Below are positions 1-8,075 of a DNA stretch of 24,000 nt, piece after piece. Under the pieces are notes generated by a model. The model saw nothing but the letters and a program-made list of their open reading frames with translations. It had not been told where the DNA came from and ran no database searches. The first letter of the stretch is position 1; the number at the start of each line of letters is the position of its first letter. The stretch is from an uncultured Anaeromusa sp. (lineage in GTDB: Bacteria > Bacillota > Negativicutes > Anaeromusales > Anaeromusaceae). The stretch spans positions 2,320,609 to 2,344,608 of the forward strand of contig NZ_CAXXLU010000002.1 in assembly GCF_963668665.2 (NCBI RefSeq), written 5' to 3'. The position numbers and the translations under genes are program-made.

Positions 1-294
1 GTCTTCAGCTGTGTAGGCGAGGTTTTCGTACAGGTTGGCAAGGACTTAACTACCGTTGAGAAGGTCATCGGAACCGGCGGTGTTATTGTGCATCATGACC
101 GGCCGGAATGCATTCTTGAAGGCATTCGCTATGACGCAGCAGCTGCGGAATATCTAAAACCCAAACAATGTGATTATTATATTGATGGTGAATACATTCT
201 CTCCGCCATGGGGCTTCTGTCGGAAGAACAGCCCGAGGTGGCTCTGCGGATGATGAAAAAATATCTGAAACGGAGGCAATCAGCGTGGAATTGA
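1..294 (+). CDS. glmL: Glutamate mutase accessory/reactivase protein GlmL (MutL), C-terminal fragment; the 5' end lies outside the window
   Basis: Frame 1 is open from base 1 ([36 protein letters not shown]...RRQSAWN*). The stop at 292-294 overlaps the glmE GTG start by 10 nt. The position directly 5' of glmE matches the conserved clostridial glmS-glmL-glmE-mal order. Identity rests mostly on context. Confidence 0.7.
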   Translation, partial: VFSCVGEVFVQVGKDLTTVEKVIGTGGVIVHHDRPECILEGIRYDAAAAEYLKPKQCDYYIDGEYILSAMGLLSEEQPEVALRMMKKYLKRRQSAWN

Positions 295-1736
295 AAAATA
301 AGAAATGGTCCCATGACGAATTTTTCGCAATGCGCAAAGAGATTTTGGCCCAGTGGCCTACAGGAGCCGAGGTGGATTTTGACGAAGCCGTCAAATATCA
401 TGAAACCATTCCGGCGCGCAAGCATTTTTCCAAACAGCTTATCAAAGCTAAAAAAGAAGGCCGCACTTTGACGCAGCCCCGGGCTGGCGTAGCGCTTTTG
501 GATCAGCATATTGAACTGTTGAACTTCTTGCGCACAGAAGGGGAAGCCGATCTGCTGCCGACTACGATTGACAGCTATACGCGTCAAAATCAATACAAAG
601 AAGCCCAGGTAGGTATTGAAGAGAGCAAACAGGCCGGGCGTTCTTTGCTCAACGGTTTTCCTGCCGTCAACCATGGCGTGCATGCAGTACGTAAGCTGGC
701 GGAAAAAGTAGACGGCCCCATTCAGGTGCGTCACGGCACGCCTGACGCCAGACTGTTGACGGAAATTACGCTGGCTGGCGGTTTTACCTCCTACGAAGGC
801 GGCGGTATTTCCTACAACATTCCTTACGCCAAGAGCGTATCGCTGGAACAGACGATTCTTGACTGGCAGTATACAGACCGTTTGGTAGGTCTCTATGCAG
901 AACATGGCGTCGAAATCAACCGCGAGCCCTTCGGACCTTTGACAGGTACCTTGGTGCCGCCGAGCATTTCTCATGCTGTAGCGATTATCGAAGGTATTTT
1001 GGCGGCCGAACAGGGCGTTAAAAACATTACTCTCGGCTATGGCCAATGCGGCAACCTGGTGCAGGATATCGCAGCCATTCGTTCGTTAGAAGCGCTGGCT
1101 GAAGAGTATTTTGCAAAATTCGGCTATGAAGGCTGCACGCTGACTACGGTTTTCCATCAGTGGATGGGCGGCTTCCCGCAGGATGAAGCTAAGGCGTTCG
1201 CCGTTATCTCCTGGGGCGCTGCGGCGGCTGCATTTGCGAAAGCTACCAAAGTTATCGTGAAAACGCCGCATGAAGCATTGGGTATTCCTACGAAAGAAGC
1301 CAATGCTATGGGCTTGCGCACCACCAAACAGATGATTAACATGCTGGCGGATCAGAGCTTCCCGGCTACACAGCAATTGGAAGACGAAATCGCCATGATC
1401 AAAGCGGAAACCCGCTGCATCGTAGATAAGGTTCTGGAATTGGGCGAAGGCGATATTGCCGTCGGTACGGTGCGGGCTTTTGAAGCCGGCGTACTGGATG
1501 TTCCGTTTGCTCCCAGCAACCATGCCATCAATAAAATTCTGCCGGCTCGCGACCATCACGGTGCCGTGCGTCTCTTCGATTGCGGCAACTTGCCCTTTAC
1601 GCAGGACATCATTGACTTCCATCGCGGTAAAATCGACGAGCGGGCTAAAGCGGAACGCCGTCCGGCGAGCTTCCAGATGGTTATCGACGACATTTACGCC
1701 ATTTCTAAAGGACGCCTTGTAGGACGCCCGCGCTAA
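285..1736 (+). CDS. glmE: Glutamate mutase (methylaspartate mutase) epsilon/E subunit
   Basis: 483 aa. The N-terminus [39 protein letters not shown] closely matches the clostridial GlmE/MutE N-terminus as I recall it (MELKNKKW...QWPTG...). The GTG start is coupled to the glmL stop, and the length is as expected. Confidence 0.93.
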   Translation: MELKNKKWSHDEFFAMRKEILAQWPTGAEVDFDEAVKYHETIPARKHFSKQLIKAKKEGRTLTQPRAGVALLDQHIELLNFLRTEGEADLLPTTIDSYTRQNQYKEAQVGIEESKQAGRSLLNGFPAVNHGVHAVRKLAEKVDGPIQVRHGTPDARLLTEITLAGGFTSYEGGGISYNIPYAKSVSLEQTILDWQYTDRLVGLYAEHGVEINREPFGPLTGTLVPPSISHAVAIIEGILAAEQGVKNITLGYGQCGNLVQDIAAIRSLEALAEEYFAKFGYEGCTLTTVFHQWMGGFPQDEAKAFAVISWGAAAAAFAKATKVIVKTPHEALGIPTKEANAMGLRTTKQMINMLADQSFPATQQLEDEIAMIKAETRCIVDKVLELGEGDIAVGTVRAFEAGVLDVPFAPSNHAINKILPARDHHGAVRLFDCGNLPFTQDIIDFHRGKIDERAKAERRPASFQMVIDDIYAISKGRLVGRPR

Positions 1737-1766
1737 GACACAAAAAGTTTTCGGAACCAGGCTGTG

Positions 1767-1796
1767 AAGCCGGAGTTCTTTAGGGAGTTCCGGCTT
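1767..1796 (+). other. Intercistronic imperfect hairpin between glmE and mal, with no U-tract
   Basis: aagccggagttc (1767-1778) pairs with gagttccggctt (1785-1796): 8 Watson-Crick pairs plus G-U, U-G, U-A and C-G. It is extendable with mismatches to about 1761-1802. It is followed by agcgtttgtc, not a real T-tract. Confidence 0.35.
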
Positions 1797-1873
1797 AGCA
1801 GCAGCGTTTGTCAATTATAGGAGAAGCTGCTGGCTTACCCAGCGGCTCCAAAGACAAAAAGGAGTGTGTTCTC

Positions 1874-3124
1874 ATGAAAATTGTTGATGTTGTTTGCTCG
1901 AAGGCTCTTACCGGCTTTTATTTTGACGATCAGCGGGCCATTAAAAAAGGCGCCGATCATGACGGCTTTACTTACTTAGGAGACCCTGTAACACCCGGCT
2001 TCCAGGCGATTCGCCAGTCCGGCGAAGCCGTATCGGTGATGCTTGTCTTGGAAGACGGTCAAATTGCTTACGGCGATTGCGCTGCGGTGCAGTACAGCGG
2101 CGCTGGCGGCCGAGATCCCTTGTTCTTGGCGAAAGATTTCATTCCGGTGATTGAAAAGGAAATCAAGCCTCGTCTGGTAGGGCGTGAATTGGATTCCTTC
2201 AAAACCTTGGCGGAAGAAATCGACTCCATGAAGGACGCTAAAACAGGCAAGTCCATCCATACGGCATTGCGTTACGGCGTAACCCAGGCTATTTTGGACG
2301 CCGTGGCTAAAGGCAAACATAAACTGATGTGTGAAGTAGTTGCCGAAGAATACGGTACAACCGTAAGTGAAAAAGAAATTCCGATCTTCACGCAGTCCGG
2401 CGACAACCGTTATGAGAATTCCGACAAGATGATTATCAAAGGCGCTCAGGTGCTGCCGCATGCGTTGATCAATCATGTGGAAACCAAGCTGGGCAACGAT
2501 GGCGGCTTGCTGTTGGAGTACATCACTTGGCTGAAAAACCGGGTGCTGCAATTGCGCACCAGTGAAGAATACCAGCCGGTACTGCACATTGACGTGTACG
2601 GCACCATTGGTATTGCTTTCAATAATGACCTGGATAAAATGGTGGACTTCTTCCGCAAAGCCGAAGCCGCTGCGGCTCCTTTGCAGCTGCGCATTGAAGG
2701 CCCCATGGACATGGAAGAGCGGGAAAAACAGATGTTGGCGCTGAAAGAATTGACCGCCCGGCTGCATGCGGAAAAAATCGGCGTGCAAGTGGTGGCTGAC
2801 GAATGGTGCAACACATTTGACGATATTAAGTACTTTGCCGACAATGGCGCTGGCGATATGCTGCAGATCAAAACGCCGGACTTGGGCGGCATTAACAATA
2901 TTATTGAATCGGTTATTTATTGCAAGAAAAAAGGCGTTGGCGCTTACCAGGGCGGCACCTGCAACGAAACAGACCGCTCGGCGCAGGTTTGCGTCCATGT
3001 AGCTATGGCTACGCAGCCGGTGCAAATGCTGGCGAAACCAGGCATGGGTGTAGACGAAGGCCTGATGATTGTTTACAATGAAATGGAGCGCATTCTGGCG
3101 GTGCGCAAGGCACGCCAGGCGTAA
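1874..3124 (+). CDS. mal: 3-methylaspartate ammonia-lyase (beta-methylaspartase)
   Basis: 416 aa from ATG 1874 (SD aaaaaggag at 1856-1864). MKIVDVVCSKALTGFYFDDQRAIKKGADHDGFTY, DCAAVQYSGAGGRDPLFLAKDFIPVIEKEI, QIKTPDLGG and GGTCNETDRSA are near-identical to Clostridium tetanomorphum MAL as I recall it. The upstream in-frame extension to 1808 (TTG) was rejected. Confidence 0.95.
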   Translation: MKIVDVVCSKALTGFYFDDQRAIKKGADHDGFTYLGDPVTPGFQAIRQSGEAVSVMLVLEDGQIAYGDCAAVQYSGAGGRDPLFLAKDFIPVIEKEIKPRLVGRELDSFKTLAEEIDSMKDAKTGKSIHTALRYGVTQAILDAVAKGKHKLMCEVVAEEYGTTVSEKEIPIFTQSGDNRYENSDKMIIKGAQVLPHALINHVETKLGNDGGLLLEYITWLKNRVLQLRTSEEYQPVLHIDVYGTIGIAFNNDLDKMVDFFRKAEAAAAPLQLRIEGPMDMEEREKQMLALKELTARLHAEKIGVQVVADEWCNTFDDIKYFADNGAGDMLQIKTPDLGGINNIIESVIYCKKKGVGAYQGGTCNETDRSAQVCVHVAMATQPVQMLAKPGMGVDEGLMIVYNEMERILAVRKARQA

Positions 3125-3143
3125 CGAGACCGGCGTCTGACAA

Positions 3144-3186
3144 CAGCGGCGGGGCGCGCTTCGGCGCGCCCGCGCTGCCTTTTTTT
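3144..3186 (+). terminator. Rho-independent terminator downstream of mal
   Basis: An 8-bp all-GC core stem (ggggcgcg 3152-3159 with gcgcgccc 3164-3171) closes a TTCG tetraloop. The stem extends with bulges to 3144/3177 and is followed by a run of 7 T (3180-3186). Confidence 0.8.
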
Positions 3187-3229
3187 AAGGAAAGCTGTTT
3201 CTTGAAACCGGCGTAATTGAGGTGGAGCG

Positions 3230-4165
3230 ATGAAATCCATGATGCTCGAACAATTGATGTATGCCAGCTACTTTGCCCCGCGGGGGCGCAAGCGCATGTA
3301 TATTCTAGGACAGCAAATCAGTGAACGTTATTTGTCGCCTCTGGATCGGCTCATTGGCGTCATCGGCGGTCCTGGAGCTGGTAAATCGTCTCTCATCAAG
3401 GGTATGTTTCCGGGCTTGGAACTTACCAATGACGATGAAGGCGTGAATGTGCGTCCTCTGCCGCTTTTGAAAAATATTGATAAAGGTTTTTTTTCCAGTC
3501 ACACCTATCATATGGATGTGCGCTTTGAAATGGCCTTTACGCAGCTTCATGCCTTGGCGGAAGCCGTTTCCAAGGCGCTGGAGCACGGCAAACGAGTGAT
3601 TGTCGAACATTTTGATTTATTGTATCCGGCTTTAAACATTAACGCCGACGTGCTTTTAGGGGTGGGCGGCGAAGTGATCGTCGTACGCCCGAATGTGTTT
3701 GGTCCTTTTCCGCAGGAAATTAAGGATGTTGTAACTAAAACCTTGAAATATCGCAAGATGGCCCATACGGCGGAGGATTTGACAGCGCGCATTTTACTGC
3801 GTGATTACGGCGCTATCCTTCCGTTTGAACATCGTGACGTCCATCATGGCTTTGTGCTGGAGTATCCTGTCGACATGGACGTGGATTTAGAGGAAGTGGA
3901 GAAGAAGGTAAAACGTCTGATTGATGAGGCGCTGCCTGTTTTCTACAGCGACGAAGACCACATCTGCATTGGCGATGATGCCTGGTTGTGCACGGGGCCG
4001 CGAACTCATGTGAAAAATACGGAGGAAATTGAAAATTTCCGTCTGTTACATGAATATAAACGTGATGAAAAGAGCAAGAGTTATTTGATTATCGGTCTGG
4101 TTGGCACGCCGTCGGATAACAACCTGGATGGGTTTGCCGGCGTCAGCTATGCCGCCAGCCTATAG
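3230..4165 (+). CDS. Uncharacterised two-domain protein: N-terminal P-loop NTPase plus C-terminal tRNA_SAD-like (AlaRS/AlaX/ThrRS editing 'second additional domain') module
   Basis: 311 aa, SD gaggtg at 3219-3224. Walker A is GGPGAGKSS (res 46-54, nt 3365-3391), with a possible Walker B RVIVEHFD (res 122-129). The C-terminal half carries three motifs resembling the AlaRS editing domain. AHTAEDLTARILL (res 178-190) compares with HTAxHLL. DLEEVEKKVKRLIDEALPV (res 219-237) compares with the ...lE.lVNe.I..nlPv helix. LCTGPRTHVKNTEEIENFRLL (res 253-273) compares with LCGGTHV.nTgEIG.FkI or ThrRS CRGPHV. The gap to citD is 21 nt. Confidence 0.85.
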   Translation: MKSMMLEQLMYASYFAPRGRKRMYILGQQISERYLSPLDRLIGVIGGPGAGKSSLIKGMFPGLELTNDDEGVNVRPLPLLKNIDKGFFSSHTYHMDVRFEMAFTQLHALAEAVSKALEHGKRVIVEHFDLLYPALNINADVLLGVGGEVIVVRPNVFGPFPQEIKDVVTKTLKYRKMAHTAEDLTARILLRDYGAILPFEHRDVHHGFVLEYPVDMDVDLEEVEKKVKRLIDEALPVFYSDEDHICIGDDAWLCTGPRTHVKNTEEIENFRLLHEYKRDEKSKSYLIIGLVGTPSDNNLDGFAGVSYAASL

Positions 4166-4186
4166 GAGAATGAAGGAGGAATTGGC

Positions 4187-4489
4187 ATGGCAAGTGTGCT
4201 GAAAGCAGCGCAGGCTGGCACGTTGGAATCAGGAGACATCATGATTCAGATCAGTCCTGGTGAAGCGGGCAAGGGCCTAGGCATAGAACTAGAAAGCATC
4301 GTCATGATTCAATATGGAGAAGCCATTCGGCAAACGCTGCAGGAAGTGGCGCAAGAGCAAGGCGTGTCTGACGTGCAGGTCAAAGCCGTAGACAGAGGGG
4401 CGCTGGATTGCACCATTCGGGCTCGCTTTTTGACGGCGTTGAGCCGTGCGGGCGTTTCGCTGAAAGGAGAGATGGCGTCATGCAATTAA
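4187..4489 (+). CDS. citD: Citrate/citramalate lyase acyl carrier protein (gamma subunit)
   Basis: 100 aa, SD aaggagg at 4173-4179. AGTLESGDIMIQISP contains the conserved ESGD prosthetic-group serine, and DRGALDCTIRARFLTALSRAG matches E. coli CitD ([20 protein letters not shown]). Confidence 0.92.
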   Translation: MASVLKAAQAGTLESGDIMIQISPGEAGKGLGIELESIVMIQYGEAIRQTLQEVAQEQGVSDVQVKAVDRGALDCTIRARFLTALSRAGVSLKGEMASCN

Positions 4490-5352
4490 GACGGACTATG
4501 CTGTTTATCCCGGGGAATAACCCGGCGATGCTGCAAAACGGCGGCGTTTTCGGCGCTGATTCGGTTATTTTGGACCTAGAAGATGCGGTGGCGCCGAACG
4601 AAAAAGATGCGGCCCGCTACCTTGTAAGTCACTCCCTTCGTACCGTTGACTACGGCGAAAGCGAGCGGACAGTACGCATTAATCCCTTGGATACCTTTGC
4701 GGCGCAAGACATTCCTTTAATTGTGGCCAGCGGCCCCGACGCCTTGGTAGTGCCCAAAGTGGAAAGCGCTGAAGACATCCGCCAAGTGGCGGCTATGGTG
4801 GAAAAAGCGGAAAAACCGGGACAAAAACCGGTTAAGCTGATAGCGCTCTTAGAAACTCCCAAGGGGATTGCCGAAGCCGGACGTATTGCCGTGGCTCATC
4901 CCCGAGTGGATGCCTTGGCCTTAGGCGCGGAAGACTATACGGCAGCGCTAGGCGCGGCTCGAACCAAAGGCGGCCAAGAAATTTATACGGCGCGGACTTT
5001 GTTGATCAATGCCGCTGCTGCAGCGGGCATTCAATCCATTGATACGCCTTTTACCGACGCCAATGACGAAGAAGGACTGCTGGCGGATACCCGCCTGGCT
5101 AAAGCGCTGGGTTTTAAAGGGAAACTTTCTATTAACCCTCGGCAAATTGACGCTATCCACAGCATTTTTAACCCCACGGCTCTAGACGTCGACTGGGCGG
5201 AGCAAGTGATCGAAGCCATTCAGCGGGCCGAAGCCGAAGGTTCCGGCGTCGCCTCACTGGGCGGAAAAATGGTCGACGCTCCTGTTGTGCAGCGGGCGCA
5301 GAGCGTGCTGCATCTGGCGCGCCGTTTGGGCATGGTCGCGGAACAAGGCTGA
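4480..5352 (+). CDS. citE: Citrate/citramalate lyase beta subunit (citryl- or citramalyl-ACP lyase, HpcH/CitE family)
   Basis: 290 aa from ATG 4480 (SD aaaggagag at 4463-4471; 10-nt overlap with the citD stop). RRTMLFIPGNNPAML, DLEDAV, LGAEDY and KLSINPRQID align with E. coli CitE (RRSMLFVPGANAAMV, DLEDSV, LGAEDY, KSLINPRQID). The 5' extension to 4408 was rejected. Confidence 0.93.
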   Translation: MQLRRTMLFIPGNNPAMLQNGGVFGADSVILDLEDAVAPNEKDAARYLVSHSLRTVDYGESERTVRINPLDTFAAQDIPLIVASGPDALVVPKVESAEDIRQVAAMVEKAEKPGQKPVKLIALLETPKGIAEAGRIAVAHPRVDALALGAEDYTAALGAARTKGGQEIYTARTLLINAAAAAGIQSIDTPFTDANDEEGLLADTRLAKALGFKGKLSINPRQIDAIHSIFNPTALDVDWAEQVIEAIQRAEAEGSGVASLGGKMVDAPVVQRAQSVLHLARRLGMVAEQG

Positions 5353-5365
5353 GGAGGGCGAAACA

Positions 5366-6910
5366 ATGAAAAATCAAATTGGACGTGAAATACCTGAAAC
5401 GATCCCAGGGTACGGCAAAGTCAACGCCTTTGCCGGCGCCTTTGCCACCATTCCGGACGGCAAGCGTCAGGCTCCGCCGATTAAGCGCATGCTGCCCGGG
5501 CAGACCAAGCTGGTGGAAAGCCTGGAAGAAATCTTTAAACGCGTGCCCATTAAAGACGGCATGACCTTATCTTTTCATCATCATTTCCGCAACGGCGATG
5601 GTGTTTTGAACCAAGTGCTGGAAGTGGCGGCCAAGTTGGGCCTTAAAAACCTGAAAATCGCTCTTAGTTCTGTCTTTCCGGTGCATAAGCCTTTAATTGA
5701 GCATATTAAAAACGGCGTAGTTACTGGCCTTGACGCCAATTACATGTCCGGACCTGTAGCGGAAGCCGTTTCTAAAGGTCTTCTAGAGAAACCCGTTATT
5801 TTGCGCACTCACGGCGGACGCGCTAGGGCCATCGAATGCGGGCAGCTCAAAATCGACGTTGCTTTTATCGCCGCTCCGGCAGCAGATGATTACGGCAACT
5901 TGAACGGCGTATCCGGTGACACCGCCTGCGGTTCTCTGGGCTATGCCTTTCCTGATGCGGAATACGCCGACTATGTAGTGGCTGTTACCGACCATATTGA
6001 ACCCTACCCGCTAGCGCCCGTCTCCATTTCCCAGACCCGGGTGGATGCGGTGGTCGTTGTGCCCTGCATCGGCGATCCCAAAGGCATTGTTTCCGGTACG
6101 ACCCAGGTTACCAAAGACCCTGTAGGTCTTAAAATTGCTACTAACGCCGCCAAGGTTATTGAAGCCACCGGCCTTATTCAAGATGGTTTTTCTTTCCAAA
6201 CCGGCGCTGGCGGCGCTTCCTTGGCGACGGCGCATTTTGTGCGTCAAATGATGGAAGCCAAAGAGGTCACAGGCAGCTTTGCCTTGGGCGGTATTACCGG
6301 CTATATGGTGGACATGCTGGAAAAAGGGCTTTTCCGCCGCGTTTTTGATGTCCAGGGCTTTGACTTGGAAGCGCAGCGTTCGCTGCGGGACAATCCCAAC
6401 CATATCGAAGTAGGCGCTGGGCTGTACGCCAGTCCCTTTAACGGCGGCTGTCTGGTAAACAAGCTGGACGTCGTCATTTTAGGCGCTACGGAAATCGATA
6501 CCGACTTCAACGTCAACGTTGTTACCGGCTCTAACGGTGTTATCATGGGCGGCAGCGGCGGTCACTCTGATGCGGCTGCAGGCGCCAAAGTCACTATTGT
6601 TGTCGCGAATTTGCTGCGCGGGCGCCTGCCGATTATTGTTGACAAGGTGCTCACGGCGACAACGCCGGGAGAATCCATTGACGTTTTGGTAACCGAGCGC
6701 GGCATTGCCGTGAATCCGCGGCAGCCTGAACTGCGCCAGCGTCTGGCAGAAGCCGGCTTGCCGGTAAAAGACATCGCGCAGCTTAAAGAGCTGGCGGAAG
6801 CCATTGCCGGCGCTCCGGCGGCGGTGCAAACCGGCGAGAAAATCGTCGCCGTGGTGGAATACCGCGACGGCACGATTATCGACGTGGTTCGCCAGGCGAA
6901 AGAGGTGTAA
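5366..6910 (+). CDS. citF: Citrate/citramalate lyase alpha subunit (acyl-ACP:substrate CoA-transferase-like, CitF family)
   Basis: 514 aa from ATG 5366 (SD gaggaggg at 5351-5358). MKNQIGREIPETIPGYGKV, SFHHHFRNGD and the overall length are typical of CitF. It sits in canonical citDEF order. The 5' extension to 5285 was rejected. Confidence 0.92.
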   Translation: MKNQIGREIPETIPGYGKVNAFAGAFATIPDGKRQAPPIKRMLPGQTKLVESLEEIFKRVPIKDGMTLSFHHHFRNGDGVLNQVLEVAAKLGLKNLKIALSSVFPVHKPLIEHIKNGVVTGLDANYMSGPVAEAVSKGLLEKPVILRTHGGRARAIECGQLKIDVAFIAAPAADDYGNLNGVSGDTACGSLGYAFPDAEYADYVVAVTDHIEPYPLAPVSISQTRVDAVVVVPCIGDPKGIVSGTTQVTKDPVGLKIATNAAKVIEATGLIQDGFSFQTGAGGASLATAHFVRQMMEAKEVTGSFALGGITGYMVDMLEKGLFRRVFDVQGFDLEAQRSLRDNPNHIEVGAGLYASPFNGGCLVNKLDVVILGATEIDTDFNVNVVTGSNGVIMGGSGGHSDAAAGAKVTIVVANLLRGRLPIIVDKVLTATTPGESIDVLVTERGIAVNPRQPELRQRLAEAGLPVKDIAQLKELAEAIAGAPAAVQTGEKIVAVVEYRDGTIIDVVRQAKEV

Positions 6911-6913
6911 GCC

Positions 6914-7969
6914 ATGGCCTGGGGACAATGGGAAGAACGGGTCATCAATCGCAATAACCCCAGGCAAAGTCAAGCGGTGAGGGAATTCCTCACCGCTTTT
7001 GGCCTTGCTTACGATCCGGCGACAGTGGAGCATACTATCGCTCTTTATCAAGATGGACAGATGATTGCCACTGGCTCTCGGGGCGGCGAAGTGCTGCGCA
7101 ATATCGCCGTGCATCCGGATTTGCAGGGCGAGGGGCTGACGGCGACCATCGTTTCCGCCTTAATGCGTCAAGGCGGCGAAGCGGGAGTGCGGCACTTTTT
7201 TATTTTCACGAAGCCGACGGCGGCGCCTCAGTTTACCGGCTTGGGTTTTCGCGAGCTGGCGCGGGTAGAGCCTCAGGCGGTGCTGCTGGAAGGCGGTCTG
7301 GGTTCTGTTCAGGATGAAGTAAAACGCTTGTCTGCCGCAGTAGGCGATTTGCCTGAAGGCGACAGGGCGGCTCTTGTGGTTAATTGCAATCCTTTCACCC
7401 GCGGGCACCAGGCGGTAATTGCCCGGGCGGCTGCGGCTCATGCCGGTGTAGTGGTGCTGGTAGTCAGCGAGGATCGTTCGCTCTTTCCTTTTGCCGTGCG
7501 CCTGCGCTTGGTACAGGAGGGGGTGTCCCATCTGCCCAACGTACGAGTGGTGGAAGCCGGTAAATACATTATTTCCGCTGCGACTTTTCCTGATTATTTT
7601 ACGCGCGGCGAAGATACGGTTATTGCCCAAACTCGTTTGGATGCTCATGTTTTTGGCAGCTATATCGCGCCAGGTTTGGGCGTGTCTGTGCGTTATGTCG
7701 GCGAGGAGCCCTATTGCGAGGTGACTAGGGCCTATAATCAAGCGTTGCAGGAAGTACTGCCTTCGTATGGCGTGAAGGTAGTGGAAATACCGCGTCTGGC
7801 GGAAGGAAGCGAGCCGATCAGCGCTTCTCGAGTCAGGGAACTCTTGCGTCAAGGCGCTGGGTGGGAACAAGTAGCGCCGTTGGTGCCGGAGAGCACGCTG
7901 CGCTATTTGCGCTCTTCGGCAGCGGCGGAAGTGTTGGCGGCCATTCGCGCTAGCGATTCGCGTCATTGA
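6914..7969 (+). CDS. citC: [Citrate (pro-3S)-lyase] ligase-type acetate:SH-ACP ligase, with an N-terminal GNAT-like region
   Basis: 351 aa. VVNCNPFTRGHQAVIARAAA, KYIISAATFPDYFTRGE and ISASRVRELLRQG match E. coli CitC (VMNANPFTNGHRYLIQQAAA, EYIISRATFPCYFIKE, ISASRVRQLL). Confidence 0.92.
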   Translation: MAWGQWEERVINRNNPRQSQAVREFLTAFGLAYDPATVEHTIALYQDGQMIATGSRGGEVLRNIAVHPDLQGEGLTATIVSALMRQGGEAGVRHFFIFTKPTAAPQFTGLGFRELARVEPQAVLLEGGLGSVQDEVKRLSAAVGDLPEGDRAALVVNCNPFTRGHQAVIARAAAAHAGVVVLVVSEDRSLFPFAVRLRLVQEGVSHLPNVRVVEAGKYIISAATFPDYFTRGEDTVIAQTRLDAHVFGSYIAPGLGVSVRYVGEEPYCEVTRAYNQALQEVLPSYGVKVVEIPRLAEGSEPISASRVRELLRQGAGWEQVAPLVPESTLRYLRSSAAAEVLAAIRASDSRH

Positions 7970-7993
7970 TTTACAAGTTGTGTTTTGAAGAGG

Positions 7994-8028
7994 AAGCTGC
8001 GTGCATCTTGTGCAGGCAGCTTTGTTGT
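7994..8028 (+). terminator. Weak candidate terminator or hairpin after citC
   Basis: aagctgc (7994-8000) pairs with gcagctt (8016-8022), and an inner tgca/tgca 4-bp stem follows one mismatch. It is followed by a T-rich ttgttgt. The T-tract is interrupted, so termination may be partial. Confidence 0.4.
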
Positions 8029-8075
8029 AGTATGCTGAAACGGAATTTACAGCAGTTGAGTAAAGGGGTCATCGT

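Noticed and set aside
285-294. Similar 10-nt gene overlaps GTGGAATTGA (glmL/glmE, 285-294) and ATGCAATTAA (citD/citE, 4480-4489)
   Set aside because: Both are ordinary translational-coupling overlaps. The resemblance (NTGNAATTNA) is short enough to be coincidence.
177-1814. Long minus-strand ORFs (177-1046, 289 aa; 1086-1814, 242 aa) antisense to glmE
   Set aside because: They lie fully inside a gene with unmistakable GlmE homology on the plus strand. Their translations are Arg/Ala/Phe-rich low-information sequence with no recognisable motif or ribosome-binding site. This is typical of open antisense frames in GC-rich coding DNA.
1808-1873. 5' extensions of track ORFs beyond the chosen starts (mal from 1808, citE from 4408, citF from 5285, pstC from 15617, divIC from 19653, thrE from 20589)
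   Set aside because: In each case a downstream ATG is preceded by a good Shine-Dalgarno at 5-9 nt and gives the N-terminus expected from homologues. The extensions overlap upstream genes or terminators.
1976-3025. 349-aa minus-strand ORF, plus smaller ORFs in other frames, antisense to mal
   Set aside because: The same reasoning applies. The plus-strand MAL translation is near-identical to the characterised enzyme, and the antisense product has no motifs.
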